NCBI RefSeq assembly: GCF_006345805.1
Contig: NC_043008.1
Span: 75,826,001-75,890,000, forward strand
DNA length: 64,000 nt
Source of the DNA: Octopus sinensis
Lineage: Eukaryota
Reading direction: 5' to 3'
Under the pieces are notes generated by a model, which did not search any database, was not told where the DNA came from, and saw only the letters and a program-made list of their open reading frames with translations. Below, piece after piece: positions 37,701-51,680 of this stretch; the stretch's first letter is position 1, and every line of letters starts with the position of its first letter. The translations under genes and the position numbers were made by a program.

Positions 37701-38696
37701 ATATACACATATACATGTATATACACACACATATAGAGAAAAGGAATTTATGGCCATCACATGGTACTACTAAAGAAAGAGACTTACGATATTTAAAAAA
37801 AAAATTTCTAATCTAAGCCTTCATCAACAAATTGTACAGAACGTAGTATAAAATTGTCTAGTTGCATTTAGATTAGTAGTGGCGATAGATATTGGTTTCT
37901 AATGTTGGCACAATCTGAGCAATTTCGGATGGGGGGGGGGTAAAGTCGATTACATAGACGCCATTATTCAACTGGTTACTATTTTATCCATCCCGGAAGA
38001 TTTGGGACACTGAATGTAAGACGGATAAAATATTTTACCTAACGTGCTAATGACTCTTCCAGCTCAACGTCTAAGTAGGGTTACAAGAAGACACCTGAAG
38101 TACTGTAGTGACAAGGAAAATGCTAAATATTCCTCCAGTTGCACTATATCTATTTAAGAATAATACTATAAAAACACCAGTGAGTACCAAAAGATTGCCA
38201 TCGTCGAAGTGTCAATTTGATTCGATTTAATTCTAGCAAGGTCAAAGTGACTTAGATTAAGTAATGCTGATATATCTGTGGAGATAATGAATTTCAATAC
38301 ATTAGGACAGAACTCGCAAAGTATACAACCATAAAATATTTTCTACTGCAATTGTATACGATAAAAGGTGCAAAATACAGTACAATGTGCAAAATAATCA
38401 TGCGACTGTATCTGAGGTCGAAATTAAAATCATAATTATAAGCTATTTTTTTTATAAATTGTTCAATACATTTACGATTGCAGGCAGTTTTTTGCGCTAT
38501 AGATAAATGCATGAGATTTCATTTCCTATAAAACATTACCTTAACAGATACATGTCTATAAGGGTAAACGTTTAGTCTTTTTATTATTGAAGCATGTTAG
38601 ATTACTTTGAACCACTATACAGCAGTCCCACAGATAATATGCTTGAGTTATGTGTATTTGTCTGTATATACATACTTGCATATTTATACACATATT

Positions 38697-38729
<33 letters not shown>

Positions 38730-38877
38730 CTTTGTGTGTCTCTATGTATATAGCAGAGCAATTTATGTTTAGCCATGTAATGAATAGATGAAATAACTCA
38801 ATGTGTAATGGGATCAATTATTATTCTGAATTAACCTGTGAATTCGCCACATGAAACATTGCATATTCATCTATTTC

Positions 38878-38956
38878 ATGTTCCTTGTTTATGAATAGGC
38901 GAGAACGACCTATGTTCCTTGTTTATGAATGGGAGAGAACGACCTATGTCCCTGTT
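38878..38956. repeat. 34-bp minisatellite, about 2.3 copies
   Basis: ATGTTCCTTGTTTATGAAT(A/G)GG(C/A)GAGAACGACCT repeated head to tail. Confidence 0.9.
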
Positions 38957-40329
38957 CCACTTCTCTCAAGTTACGTTAACATAATAGCTTTCAAAATGAA
39001 GCTGTAACAACTATCATTTTGGCTCTAGATTATATTGTATCTTTCGAGAGGTCTCTGATGAAAGAACGTCGAAATATATTTATTGGGGTCGATATTTAGT
39101 TCATGAGATACGACTGCTACGTTTCAGCCTTTGTTCATTGTGGAGTTGTTAGTTTCTATTTGACACCATAACAACTTGCACATTAGCATTTGGCAATATG
39201 CAACAGGGAAAGCCCTTTAGATTCGCAAATACATGTGGCCCAGCATTCAATAATGTTGGTGTGGAAAGACAGAATCTGATATTCTTCACTGAAAAGCCTA
39301 TTTTTCTACTGAATTCGCAGTTTTTTTTCTAATTCAAAATAGATACTTAAGCAACAATTTGGCAAAATAAAATCATATTTTGTGCAGGAAAAAATGATAC
39401 AGAAACTTATCTAGAAATATATACTACACATGTAATATTTTTAGGGGAGATAATGCTTTATTTGATGATATATAATGATCTCTATTAATTGGAATTATAC
39501 ATTGAAAACGTATATTATTGAAGTCTTTATTGGTAGTCACTTAAATGGTGTCCTTTGACAGTTAATTCCGATAAGAAAATAGTGATGGTTATGGAGGTTT
39601 CTTTGAAGGCATTACAATTGGTTCTTTAGTAATGTCTTCGAAAAATCAGCCTCTCTTCCTCCAGTGTTGTTGGTGAACTGTCTATTCTGGGACACACATT
39701 TACTTAGAAAGGTAAAGAGTGTAACTTAGGTATATTTTCTGCTAGTGTAGAGATGTTTGATGTAATGAAATGAAGTGATACGATCTATATGGAGTGTATA
39801 TTCTTATAAATAGCTAGTAGATTGGAAATGCGCAAGAAGGGGAATGCTGGTATAAAATACCACTTTGGAGAACACGATAACGAAAATTTACTTTGTGGGG
39901 AAAATACTATGACATAAAGCATGAAATAAAGCAGCCGAATAGTTATTCCTGATTCTTGAAATGAGACAATGAAGAAGTACATTCAGCCAGATTATTTTTT
40001 GTTGAGTGTCACACTATTTCATTGTTTATTATTTCGTGTTTATTAAAACACGTAGTTTTAACTTTCGTATGACTTTAGCGATCTTTGTACCTAGTCAGTG
40101 GACCTTCACCTCGTTATAATTCCTACGATGAAACTTTTTGCTATACCAGTCTAAAATGTCTAACTTAGCTTCTAACTAAAGAAAAATTTCCCCAGTGCCT
40201 CATTATCCGCGTGTTGTTGGATGTTTACTCTTTTTGTAAAATGGCAACTTTGTTTGGTAAAACCGTGTCTTATAGGACCTGAGATCCTGTCATTGAGAAT
40301 TATAAGAGAGAGTCTCTAGAGCACCGTTG

Positions 40330-40782
40330 ATATTACTGTTGCTGTAGTTGGTATTGTTATCATTGTTCATGGTGTTACTGATGTTGATGTGCTTACACTT
40401 GTATGCTGTGGTTAGACCTAATGGTGTGGTTACACTTATCGCTGTTACTGTTGTAGCTGATATCGTAGGTATTATGTTGCGGTGATCTTGGATGTCCATA
40501 TCATTGTTAGTGTCGTTGATGGCTCGTGGTGGTCGTGGGAACAATGATGTTAAAGTTATTCTGCTGTTTTCGTTGTTGTTGGTTGCCGTTCTTCATGTGG
40601 GCAATGTTTTGATTACCAATGCCGTCGTTGCTATTGTTGTTATTGTTGTTAATTATTATACTTATTACTGTTGTTTCTTTAGCTGTTATTGTCATTTTTA
40701 CCGTTGTTGTGCTGTTGTAGCTGCTGTTGCTGTAGTTATTATTTTTGCTGTTGTAGGTATCGTTGTTGTATTAATTTTGTAA
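40330..40782. repeat. Degenerate (GTT/GCT/ATT)n trinucleotide low-complexity tract
   Basis: Runs of GTT/GCT/ATT; it yields the spurious V/I/N-rich ORFs. Confidence 0.8.
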
Positions 40783-40926
40783 GCTTGGGTTTTCACCGGT
40801 GTGGTAATGTCCAAATTTCCATATCTGCGTGAATGCTTTTGTCTCCGACAATCAATTCTTCAACCATCTTATATGTATGTGCATACGTATATAAAAATGT
40901 GATATAATATAATAATAATGTAATAT

Positions 40927-40959
<33 letters not shown>

Positions 40960-41572
40960 CGTTTAATTCGCTTATGGTAACGTTAGAGGTATGCAAATAA
41001 AGCTCTTATTTAATTATGTCGGCTACCGGAATAATGAAGAGATAAACATCCCTCTGTGATTCATCTATTTATGCAGTATCGCCAGATGAAATTAATCAAT
41101 GCTCACAGATAATACGGGCTATATTGTACTAATCCGAAGGGTACCAACTCTGATCTTAAAATCATGTGATTTGTGGAAACGCGCGTAACGATGTGATAGA
41201 TATTTATAAATTCCATCCTAGAATTATTGTTATTATTCAGTCGACATACAAAATATGTCAAGGATGTTGAATGTCTCTTCTGATTCTCTTAAAGCTAGCG
41301 ATGTGGTTACGATAACGAATCTGAAATGAGTCAATGTCTGCCCAATGTAAACTTAAGACCCTCATCTTGTGTGCACAGTACATTTATATACAGGATAACT
41401 ACTTATACAGATATTCATCAATGGATATTCTGAGTTTTTTCTGCGTGAGCATTAATATTTGCATAAGTGCCACTTCCGACTCCAATGTCCGACGCTGTTA
41501 CTGAGTTAGCTATATCATAAGAATTTCTACTATTAAAATGCATATATAAATAAATAAATATATATATATATA

Positions 41573-41790
41573 GAGGCGCAATGGCCTAGTGGTTAGGGCA
41601 GCGGACTCGCGGTCGCAGGATCGCGGTTTCGATTCTCAGACTGGGCGTTGTGTGTGTTTATTGAGCGAAAACACCTAAAAGCTCTACGAGGCTCCGGCAG
41701 GGGGTGGTGATCCCTGCTGTACTCTTTCACCACAATGGCGGTGCCCCAGCATGGCCACAGCTCAAGAGCTGAAACTGGAAAAAACGAACA
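41573..41790 (+). mobile_element. Chimeric SINE: family A head joined to a family B-like tail
   Basis: The A head runs to ..CTCTTTCACCACAA and is followed directly by TGGCGGTGCCCCAGCATGGCCACAGCTC..TGAAAC. Confidence 0.7.
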
Positions 41791-41807
41791 AAAACAAACA
41801 AACATAT

Positions 41808-41868
<61 letters not shown>

Positions 41869-41872
41869 GCCA

Positions 41873-42149
41873 CCAAAGACTTGTGAGCGGATTTCGTACA
41901 GAGAAACTGAAAGAAGACTGTCGAATATATGTGTATCTCTCTGTGTTTGTATCTCGACTATTGCTTGACAACAGAGCTTGTATGTACGGTAGACTTCTTT
42001 CAGTTTCCGTTTACCAAATCCTCTCACAAGGCATTGTTCAGCCCGAGGCTATAGTAGAGAGCACTTTTCCAAGGTGTCCTGCAGTGGGACTGAATCCGGA
42101 ACCACTCGGTTGATAAGCAAGCTTCTCACCACACAGCCTCACCTGCACC
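41873..42149. mobile_element. Two family B SINE pieces in inverted orientation (+ 41873-41985; - 41990-42149)
   Basis: CTTGTGAGCGGATTT..GAAACTGAAAGAAG on + and its near reverse complement about 55 nt downstream. Confidence 0.75.
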
Positions 42150-42267
42150 TGTTTGATAAGGAAAACATTAGTCCATAAATTGGAACATTTAAATCTTCAG
42201 ACAGGGTAGCTTCCCTGCTAAAATTCATGTTCACCCATGGTACATAGGGAGCCATATATTGATAGTC

Positions 42268-42314
<47 letters not shown>

Positions 42315-42561
42315 ATATGTTTGAGTGTTTGTCTGTTCAACCGACAAGATTTTTCAGAAAGGGCCCCATTAGTTTTGTAGGTCCCCAGTTTGATGTTACG
42401 AATCTCTATCAACGTCTTCGATTTATTTTTAATTGTCTTTAGTATGTAAAAGAGTGCGGACGTCTCCTAATTATATTATCAGATATGATCTGTTATACAA
42501 TATTATAGCAATGCTCAACACCGGCGACCATGTGTTCAGTAAAAATAGTTGAAATGGGGGG

Positions 42562-43421
42562 TACGAGTGGTATCAAATATTTCCAAGGCTAGTTATGCTT
42601 AATAAAAATAATTCATCCTCTCGTTCGAAATAGTCACTTTGCACAGCAATACGCCGGTCACAGCGTTCCTGTTAGTTTTAGAATCCGGCTAGATGTTTTT
42701 TATTTTTTTTACTTTAACCAAATTCAGAGCCTTCTGCGGTTCGCTCATGATCTCAACAGCAGATTTAAAACGACCACCTTTGAGCTGTATTTTTATCTTG
42801 GTGAAGAGATAAAAAATTGCAGATGCTAAATCTGGCAAATAGGGCTGGTGCGAAAGCGATACTATGTTGTTTAGGGCGAGAAACTCACGATTGAGGAGAG
42901 CTTGTTTTCAGAGTGCATTGCCGTCTTGGAGAATTCAATATTTCGTGCTCCACAGATCCGGTCGCTTTCGCTGAATGTCCTCCTTCAAAGTGTCACTGTA
43001 GGACTCGTGATTGACCGCGTGATTCTGGGGAACGAATGCTCGATGCACAAAACCACATTTCAGTAGGTGACAGTCGTGGCAGGACTTCCAGATCCTTCAT
43101 CGTCTTCCAATGACGCTCTTCCGCTTTTGAAGTGCCCGTGCCACTCGAAATATTGGGCACAGCCCATTGCCTCGTCACCGTTAGAATTCGCAATGTCTCT
43201 GCAGAAAATTTCCCACGCTGGATCTTTGTTCCTGTTTAAGACTAGATCACAAACTACAGCATACACGTGATCACAAAAACACAATTTTCACAACTTTCGA
43301 AGTTATCACCACTTGATACACTACCTTATGAAGATGGCTGCTAACCTCACTGTGAACGCAAGCGTGTGCTGTCTCCTAGGGGCGCTGCAGGCCTCGGAAT
43401 ATTTATTGAGATCACCTCCTA
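42562..43421 (-). mobile_element. Internally deleted mariner (D,D34D) with imperfect TIRs
   Basis: GDEAMGCAQYFEWHGHFKSGRASLEDDEGSGSP then jumps to GFVHRAFVP; PYLPDLAS..KIKIQLKGGRF; ends TACGAGTGGTATCAAATATTTCC / GGAATATTTATTGAGATCACCTCCTA. Confidence 0.85.
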
Positions 43422-43795
43422 TGTTAAATAAATTAATGAAATCGTTAAATCACCGGTCAGGAAGTCTTAACATTCATGACCCAACCATGTCTTTGGAGCT
43501 TAAATTCCTTCCTGTATGGTCATGGTTTTCTATATTCACTCGGTGTCCAATCAATGCCAATATTCTTGAAGGTATTTTACAACAAGTACATACTCTCTCG
43601 CCCTCTCTTGCCGAGTTGTTAAATTACGGGAACGTATGAAAACCAGCACTGGTTGTAAAGAGGTTATGGTAGACAAACACAAACACAAAGACACATACAT
43701 AGATACACATATACAGGCAAGCACACACACATATTCATATAAATATACATACACTCACAGAGACATACGCACACACATGCATATAAAAATATATA

Positions 43796-44278
43796 GGCGC
43801 AGGAGTGACTGTGGGCCAAGACGTTTGCTTCCCAACCACATGGTTCCGGGTTCAGTCCCACTGCCTTGAATCTTGGGCAAGTGTATTCTACTATAACCTG
43901 GGGCTGACCAAAGCCTTGTAACTGGATTTGTTAGGTGGAAACTGAAAGAAGCCCGTCGTATATATATATATATATATATCACGTGACCGTGACCGACCAG
44001 ACCATCAGATGTTGTTACACATCGCTGGTCACAATGCGTTCGCATTGTTTTAGCCTTTGAATGACGCCACCCCGCTGGCTAAGCGAGCAGGCCAACATAA
44101 TAAAGATTGGGAGAAATAGTGGTGAAAGAGTACAGCAGGGATCACCACCTCCTACCGGAGCCTCGTGGAGCTTTTAGGTGTTTTCGCTCAATAAACACTC
44201 ACAACGCCCGGTCTGGGAATCGAAACTGCGATCCTACGACCGCGAGTCCGCTGCCCTAACCACTTGGCCATTGCGCCT

Positions 44279-44328
<50 letters not shown>

Positions 44329-44602
44329 GCATGCATACATACATACATACATACACACATATATACATACATATTTGTGTATGTATGTATACGTGCATAT
44401 ATGAATTTGTGTCCGTATGTCTTTGTCCTCCCACCATCACTTCACCACCGATGTTGGTGTGTTTACGTCCCTGTAACTTAGCGGTTCAGTATTAGTGACC
44501 GATTGAATAAGTACTAGTCTTGCAAAGAATAAGTCCTAGGGTTGATTTGTTCGATTAAACGTGGTGCTCCAGTATGGCAGTAGTCAAATGACTGAAACAA
44601 GA
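43796..44602 (+). mobile_element. Family B CORE-SINE split by a nested family A SINE
   Basis: 5' half 43796-43957 (GGCGCAGGAGTG..TCTTGGGCAAGT), 3' half about 44400-44602, with the insert lying in its internal TA tract. Confidence 0.85.
43981..44280 (-). mobile_element. Family A SINE variant with an alternative 3' domain, nested
   Basis: The head is identical in type to 17768; after CTCTTTCACCAC it continues TATTTCTCCC..GCCTGCTCGCTTAGCCAGCGGGTGGCG.. instead of the standard tail. Confidence 0.85.
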
Positions 44603-44977
44603 AAAAAGAATATGCTCTTTATTTTTTCACTGCATAATGCACTTTAAAATAGGAATGACAGCAATCAGCTTAAACGCAACGTAGGCAATAAGAATAATCT
44701 TATTAATTTGACTGGACTATGGCAATAAATTGATTATTCAATGTATGCATTCTCCGTTTTCTTTGACTGTTAAAACGTTTTCCTCCTATATCGGAGGATG
44801 ATGGAAATTTCCCTAGCGACAACTGGAATTTCAGGTTCGTAAAGTACTAATATTGAATAAGAACCAACCATAAACACTAGTACATATATATATATTAGAA
44901 ATTTCTAGTATCGTCAGTCGACTCGAATCAAAACTGGTGCATGCTTGGATAATATATCCCTAGGAAGGAACAACTTT

Positions 44978-45256
44978 CTATACAGACAAATAATGTTTTG
45001 AAAAGACATCCATATATTGGCATATCTGGTTTGGACCACCAAGAGCAGCAGTTAAGTTCGGATCTTTGTGGATCTTAAGATGTCTTTTGAGTCCACCTTT
45101 AGATTTGCAGACCTCATAGCATACACGTTGTTTACTGGTATGCAATGATATATAGGTAGAGTAGATGGTGGACGTTCGTTTTTCATGGGTCTGCAAATAG
45201 TGCCCTACAACGCGCCGGTTATAGAATATTTCTCCTTCTACTAAGCCCGGAACCAA
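44978..45256 (-). mobile_element. C2H2-like finger fragment, probably the 3' end of an RTE-type LINE ORF
   Basis: VCYEVCKSKGGLKRHLKIH followed by a degenerate second finger; no TGEKP linkers. Confidence 0.45.
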
Positions 45257-45264
45257 AAACAGTT

Positions 45265-46450
45265 TCGGAAAATCACAAAATAGAGCACGGAATATCCTCC
45301 ATATCCCACCATCCCACTATCCATTCAAATTTCAAAGTAGTAGACGATCTAATAAACTATCCTCTCACCAGGTGATCCCAAATTCTAAATACGTGCCACC
45401 CACCGAAATTGACACAAGCGCGCACCTCCATAGCCTTATCCTCACCCCGATAACACTTCCTAATCGGAATAAACCAACAAGAACTTGTGACGATATCTGG
45501 TTTCATCCCCATTCACATTCGCCCTCACTGTTCGAACCCGAGAACTTAAGCTCTTCTTCGCCAAACTCAAAAAAATATTACTCTAAATCCTGCCTCCTTA
45601 AAAAAAATATTCAATCACAAATCTCTGAAATTGTCTTGCTCCACCACCACCAATATTGTCGGAGTAATCTGACATCTTAACAAGAAATTCAGAAACTCAC
45701 AATTATTTAACATCCATCCAAATAACATAATTCACCCTGACCTCCAGCTCTCTATATATGAATCCAGAACACTAATACGCCCTCTTACTAACATTAACTC
45801 TCAAACCTCGCACTATAATTCCATTACCTACACCCAGTCCTGAAACCTATTTCAGGACAATACTTTAAACAGAAATAAAGAACGATATTGACGATGTCAT
45901 CGGACATGAAGACTATCGTAATATACAACCCCAAGATCTCTTCCTCAACGACCAAATAAATCCCATTTTCAGTTCACCAGTGATAATGACCCTAACACCG
46001 GACCTTTACTAAATATCAGTCAACTCACAAATTCGTCTACAAAACCCCCTTTAAACCTATGAATCTGCAGACGCCCAACCTCCTGCCCTTTAGATAATCG
46101 CTATCTTATTCAAAATATCGTTTATAAATGCACAGTTTCAGCTACCATCTCTAACTATATATATTTGTACATAATGCAGCACCAACTTCTAAGATAGATT
46201 GGGCAACAATTACTCTAGCTTCAAGTCCCAAACAAACTCCAAAAGTAATCTTATCTATAAATAAAAGACCGATTCAATTTCTTACACATTAAAGTGGTCC
46301 ATAGTCACCCATGCTAAATCATATACCGGCTATAACAACAATTGCGATCTTTGCATAGCCGAAATCTTATCTCATGCAATCCACTGAGTGTCTGAATGAA
46401 CGTTATAGTATACGTTTTACATGCAGACACAGATTAAGTAACCTATTTTC
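45265..46450 (+). mobile_element. Penelope-like element 3' fragment (RT thumb + GIY-YIG endonuclease), decayed
   Basis: IWFHP.., KKIFNHKSLKLSCSTTTNIVGVI*HLNKK, long N/P/T linker, CRRPTSCPL..IVYKCTV..YIY, LKWSIVTHAKSY..CDLCIAE. Confidence 0.8.
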
Positions 46451-47114
46451 AAAATACAAACAATAACCCATCCCCCTGCGTCATTGCCTAACTTCCCCAC
46501 TGTCCTCATAGACATTATCTTTTATTTATCGTTGCAATCAACAAATCTTTAACCACCCGTATATTCCCTATTACTCCATATTTCTTATTTATTAAATATC
46601 TATTTATATATTTCCTATGTTATCTTACAAGTAGACACGCCTACATATACCTCTACTTTTTCAACAATATATATTCTTTAATTCTTAGATGTTAGCCATT
46701 ACTACCATTCCTCTACACTTTCAATTCTACTACTATACCACCTCTTTAAGCACACATTTTTCTTCCTATCGGCCACGAATTCCACACCCCGTCATCCCAT
46801 CAAACTATCCTATTAAAATACGACACCCCATTTCTTTTTGACTCGGCTAAATGACCTTATTGAAAACCATTTATGAAACGGACCTTAAATTCTTTACTTG
46901 TAACTCTCCCACTGCCTTATATATATTTTTTTCTCTTTATATTTTCATAATTTTATATTCACAATTATACTCTCCACTCAGACTGTACTTTCTATGCATT
47001 CTGATCGAATCCTCCATGTGTTGACATGGGCCTCCTAACGACAATGTAAACTTCATTTAATCAAGATAACCTTGGCCTGCGTATGCATCTGGCTAGGATG
47101 TGTGTGTTTGTGTG

Positions 47115-47162
<48 letters not shown>

Positions 47163-47769
47163 TGTGTGTGTGCGTGTGTGTGTGCGTGCGTGTGTAACAA
47201 CTGGAGTTAAACGTACAAATATAAACTTTTAGAACCGGGAAATAATGTCGCTATTCTAAATGCTTTCTACTTTGTATATATCCAACGAGGTTGTGACTTC
47301 GATTTTCGTCTATATTCGTTTCGAGTTATTGTATATGTGTTTCTAGTTGTGTGGTAGTCAATTATTTTTATTCTGTTTTCGAGTAAACTTTTGTTTATTA
47401 CTGTCAGAACGAAATGATTTTGGAGGAAGTTCTAAACATCCTAGATACCAAATAAACAAGGTATCTGTTTGTGTGAGAGGCAATTAATTATGACTGCGTG
47501 AGGATTTCATGAAGGAATTGAAAACTTTTAAGTAACTGATAACGGATTCGATTTCCCTTTTTGGACATCAGCTACCATTACTTCATTGTAAATATCTATT
47601 AAACTTTAATATCTCATCATTCATGCATGCCAAATAATATAAAAAAACACAGCTAGTATTTGTCATATTTACAGAAGAAATACAAATATAAAATATGAAT
47701 GCTACGATGCATGTGCGTGTGTGAATGTGTATGTGAGTAGATGTGTGTGTGTTACTTAGGAGTAACTGC

Positions 47770-47906
<137 letters not shown>

Positions 47907-48477
47907 TGTGTGCGTCTACACATATAAATACACTCACGTACACAAATTACTTGTAGAGATACATGCGCACACAAACACACACATATGCATTTTCATACAC
48001 GTAAACTAAGTAGGTATGTTTATACGCGTATGTATCTTAAGTAAATTTTTGTAAACCCTTACAGTAACACATATACATCTTTCTATAAATCAATGTCTCA
48101 ATATATATATATGTATAAATGAGTGTGTGTGTGTGTGTGTCTGTGCGCGCGCGCAGTCTGTATGTTTGCTTGCGTGCGCTTTTGATATATATTCAAAAGG
48201 GGGTTCTTTTGTTTGAATTCTTGTATGTGCCTGAATAGTAACAACCATGCAGATTCCAATATATTGTTAGAAATATGACCCACATTGAATTATGACCCAT
48301 ATGGAATTATAATGGAAAAAAATTAGACGATGTTTTCTTTTTTTATTTTCACATAATTCTGTGTTCTACGTAATGTCTATAATATTATTGCAATACGTTT
48401 GAAAACACGTAGCTTTATTATATATTTTCTCTGCCCCTATATAAATGCATATATGTACATACACACACACGTGTGTG

Positions 48478-48528
<51 letters not shown>

Positions 48529-48572
48529 TGTTTTATTGAAGATAAGATGTTGATAATGATGCCGATGATGAC

Positions 48573-48617
<45 letters not shown>

Positions 48618-50246
48618 ACTTCTCAGTGAAGGTGTTTTGGGGAAATATTTGCAGGGGATTGTCCTCTTAGTCATGAAATTATCTCTATAGTTTGCCAATA
48701 GAAGTTGCATTAATCTATCAACTCTAGACGCAACTGTTCCATTATCATCCACATCGGAACAAGTTGTCATCATCCTTGCTGCCTCATCCGCCAACACCGT
48801 AGCGTCCATTACAGCATCTGCCGCCGCTGCTGCCGTTGCTGCTGCTCTTACTGCTGCTCTTACTGCTTCTGCCGCTGCAGCTGCTGATCTTAAAACAAGT
48901 AGTTTTCATGCTAACGCAACCAACATGTGGAGATTTTGAATCGCCTATATGAACCTTCAGCTCTTCCTTTAATATTACAGCTGCACGTACCTACATAGTG
49001 TCTGTGAAGAAAAAATACTGACTGCATACGCACGATCACAGCAATTACCGACTGACATACTAGAAAATAAAGACAAACAAACAGAAAAGACCGGCCAAGA
49101 AGAGACTGGAATCAACACAATCAAAACAACAAAAAAGAAACGAAAGCTCAAATTGTGTTTGGCATATTTTAGTAGTTTTTACAGCCAACTGGATGTCATA
49201 CTTGACAGTGAGTAAACGATTTGTTGTATATCATGATAAATATATTGATAACTGATTGTATTGATTATTACCTGTATTAGCAACATACTTTATATATGTC
49301 GTCGGTATTGTTTGTAAAGTTTATCCATATTTCTTTAAACACGAACACGCACACATATATAGAGGATAGAATATATATGAATGTATATACATACATACAT
49401 ACATACATATATATATATATATGTTATATATGCATATGCATGTACATGTATATGCATATATATATTATAACATATATGATGTGTGTATAAATATATATTT
49501 TATTCTGTACCTAGTGATGAGTTGAAATTTTATAAACAGTATTTTGGCGTTTTTTTTCTTAATTATCGATTTCTCTGTATGTTGCAGCTTCTCTCTCTCT
49601 CTCTCTCTCTCTCTTTCTCCCACTCTCACTTACCCTCCTCCGCTTTCCTTTCTTTCTTTTTCTTTCTCTCTCTCCCTCTATTTGTATAGATGTATATATA
49701 TATATATATATATTCACACATTTGCCCTTTATTGTTCTCTACCTCTGCTCGTCACCGCTCTCATAATCCTTTTCAGCACCACTTTCGCAAGCACTCTCTT
49801 TAACTCATACACTGTCAGTTTCATTCCTTAAAGATCAGTTTCCTTTCATTACTGATGCCCTAAAAATTATATATATTTAAGAACTTCTAAACTCATTGAA
49901 ATACAGAAATTTTGCATCCCCCAAAATCCCAATAATTTATATACACGCAAATATAAACGCAAACAAACAATCTCATGCAGATGTGGCATCCGTGTGTATG
50001 TGTGTGTGTCTCTACACAGACACCACACACACACACATACACGTCTATCTTTCTCTGTAGTACGTGTGTTTGTGTGTTCATGTGTGTGTGTGTATGCACC
50101 CATAAGCTTCAATCCACTCACAAAGCTTTAATCAGCCCCGAGCTATAGCAGAAGAAACCTGCCTAAGGTATCACACACTGGGACTAAACCCGGAATGATG
50201 TTGTAGGGAAGCATACAACCAAGCCCATATATTTATGTGTGTGTGT

Positions 50247-50308
<62 letters not shown>

Positions 50309-50370
50309 GTGTGTGTGTGTGTGTGTGTGTGATATATATGTGTGTGTGTGTGTATGTATATTTGCATATA

Positions 50371-50432
<62 letters not shown>

Positions 50433-50482
50433 TACATACATATACATACACACATATATATGTATGTGCCTATATTTATATA

Positions 50483-50666
50483 GGCGCAGTCGTGGCTGTG
50501 CGGTAAGTAACCTGCTTACCAACCAAATGGTTCTGGGCTTAGCCCCACTGCGTGGCACCTTGTGCAACTGTCTTCTACTATAACCTCGGGCCAACCAAAT
50601 CCTTGTGAGTGGGTTTGATGGACGGAAACTGATGGACGTGTATATATATATGTATATATATATATA

Positions 50667-50698
<32 letters not shown>

Positions 50699-50727
50699 AT
50701 ATATGTATATATATATATGTATATATA

Positions 50728-50798
<71 letters not shown>

Positions 50799-51045
50799 TA
50801 TATATATATTCATATACACATACATACATATATGTGTGTGCGTGTGTGTTTTTGAGTGTCTGTGTTTCTCCCTCCACCATCATTTGACAACCGATGCTGG
50901 TGTCTTTACGTCCCCGTAATTTAGCGGTTCGCTAAAATAAGACGATAGTATAAGTACTAGGCTAACAAAGAATGAGTCCTGGGATCGATTTCTACCACTA
51001 AAGGTGCTGCTCTTGCATGGCTGTAGTCACTGAGACAAATAAATA
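50483..51045 (+). mobile_element. Family B CORE-SINE with expanded internal microsatellite
   Basis: Head GGCGCAGTCGTGGCTGTGCGG.., about 200 bp internal (TA)/(GT), and the standard 3' half; an antisense partial copy lies at about 50105-50225. Confidence 0.85.
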
Positions 51046-51286
51046 AGTAAAGGTTTATATATATATATATACTCAACATTCCAATACTATACAGAAGATA
51101 TTACCTTAATTTCTTTATTTGATTTAAATTGATACTTTTATGAAACTAGCGGAGACAATTATCAAAGCATATGGCACATTAAGATCCAACGATACGGTTT
51201 TCGGTCAGCTAAGATGTTACATAGAGACGAGAGAAAACATCAAATTTCTGGACATGTAATAAATATTATCAAGGTTTGCAGTGATT

Positions 51287-51562
51287 AGGGTGTAATGTGT
51301 ATCAATATGCAAATATCTGTATGTGTGTGTGTATTTACCACATACAAATACACAACTGAAGATACATACACACGCGCAAGCCTATATACACACAAACACA
51401 CACACGCACGCACACGCACACACACGCATACACGCACACACACACACATACACACACACACAACACACACATACACATATATATTGGACACAGTGTATCG
51501 AAGAAATACTAAATGAACTTTTAGCAAAGTTAAACGACTTCAATTCATAAACAAATCGTACT
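51287..51562. repeat. ~280-bp segment duplicated at 54637-54917
   Basis: TAGGGTGTAATGTGTATCAATATGC..AACAAATCGTACTATATCTA is near-identical in both copies; differences are mainly CA-tract length plus one substitution seen. Confidence 0.9.
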
Positions 51563-51649
51563 ATATCTACCTGAAAGTACCGAAATGAGTGTCGCTGGCG
51601 AGATTCTGTAGGATTGTATGTCTGCGTGTATGTCTCTGTATATGTATGG

Positions 51650-51680
<31 letters not shown>

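Noticed and set aside
38878-38956. Possible CRISPR-like direct repeats
   Set aside because: The 34-bp units are head to tail with no unique spacers, there are no cas genes, and the context is eukaryotic.
39047-39150. Additional hammerhead candidates (CTGATGA..GAAA at 39047-39075; GAAACGTA on minus at about 39120)
   Set aside because: The first lacks a stem I partner and has only a 2-bp stem II; the second lacks a recognisable CUGANGA core.
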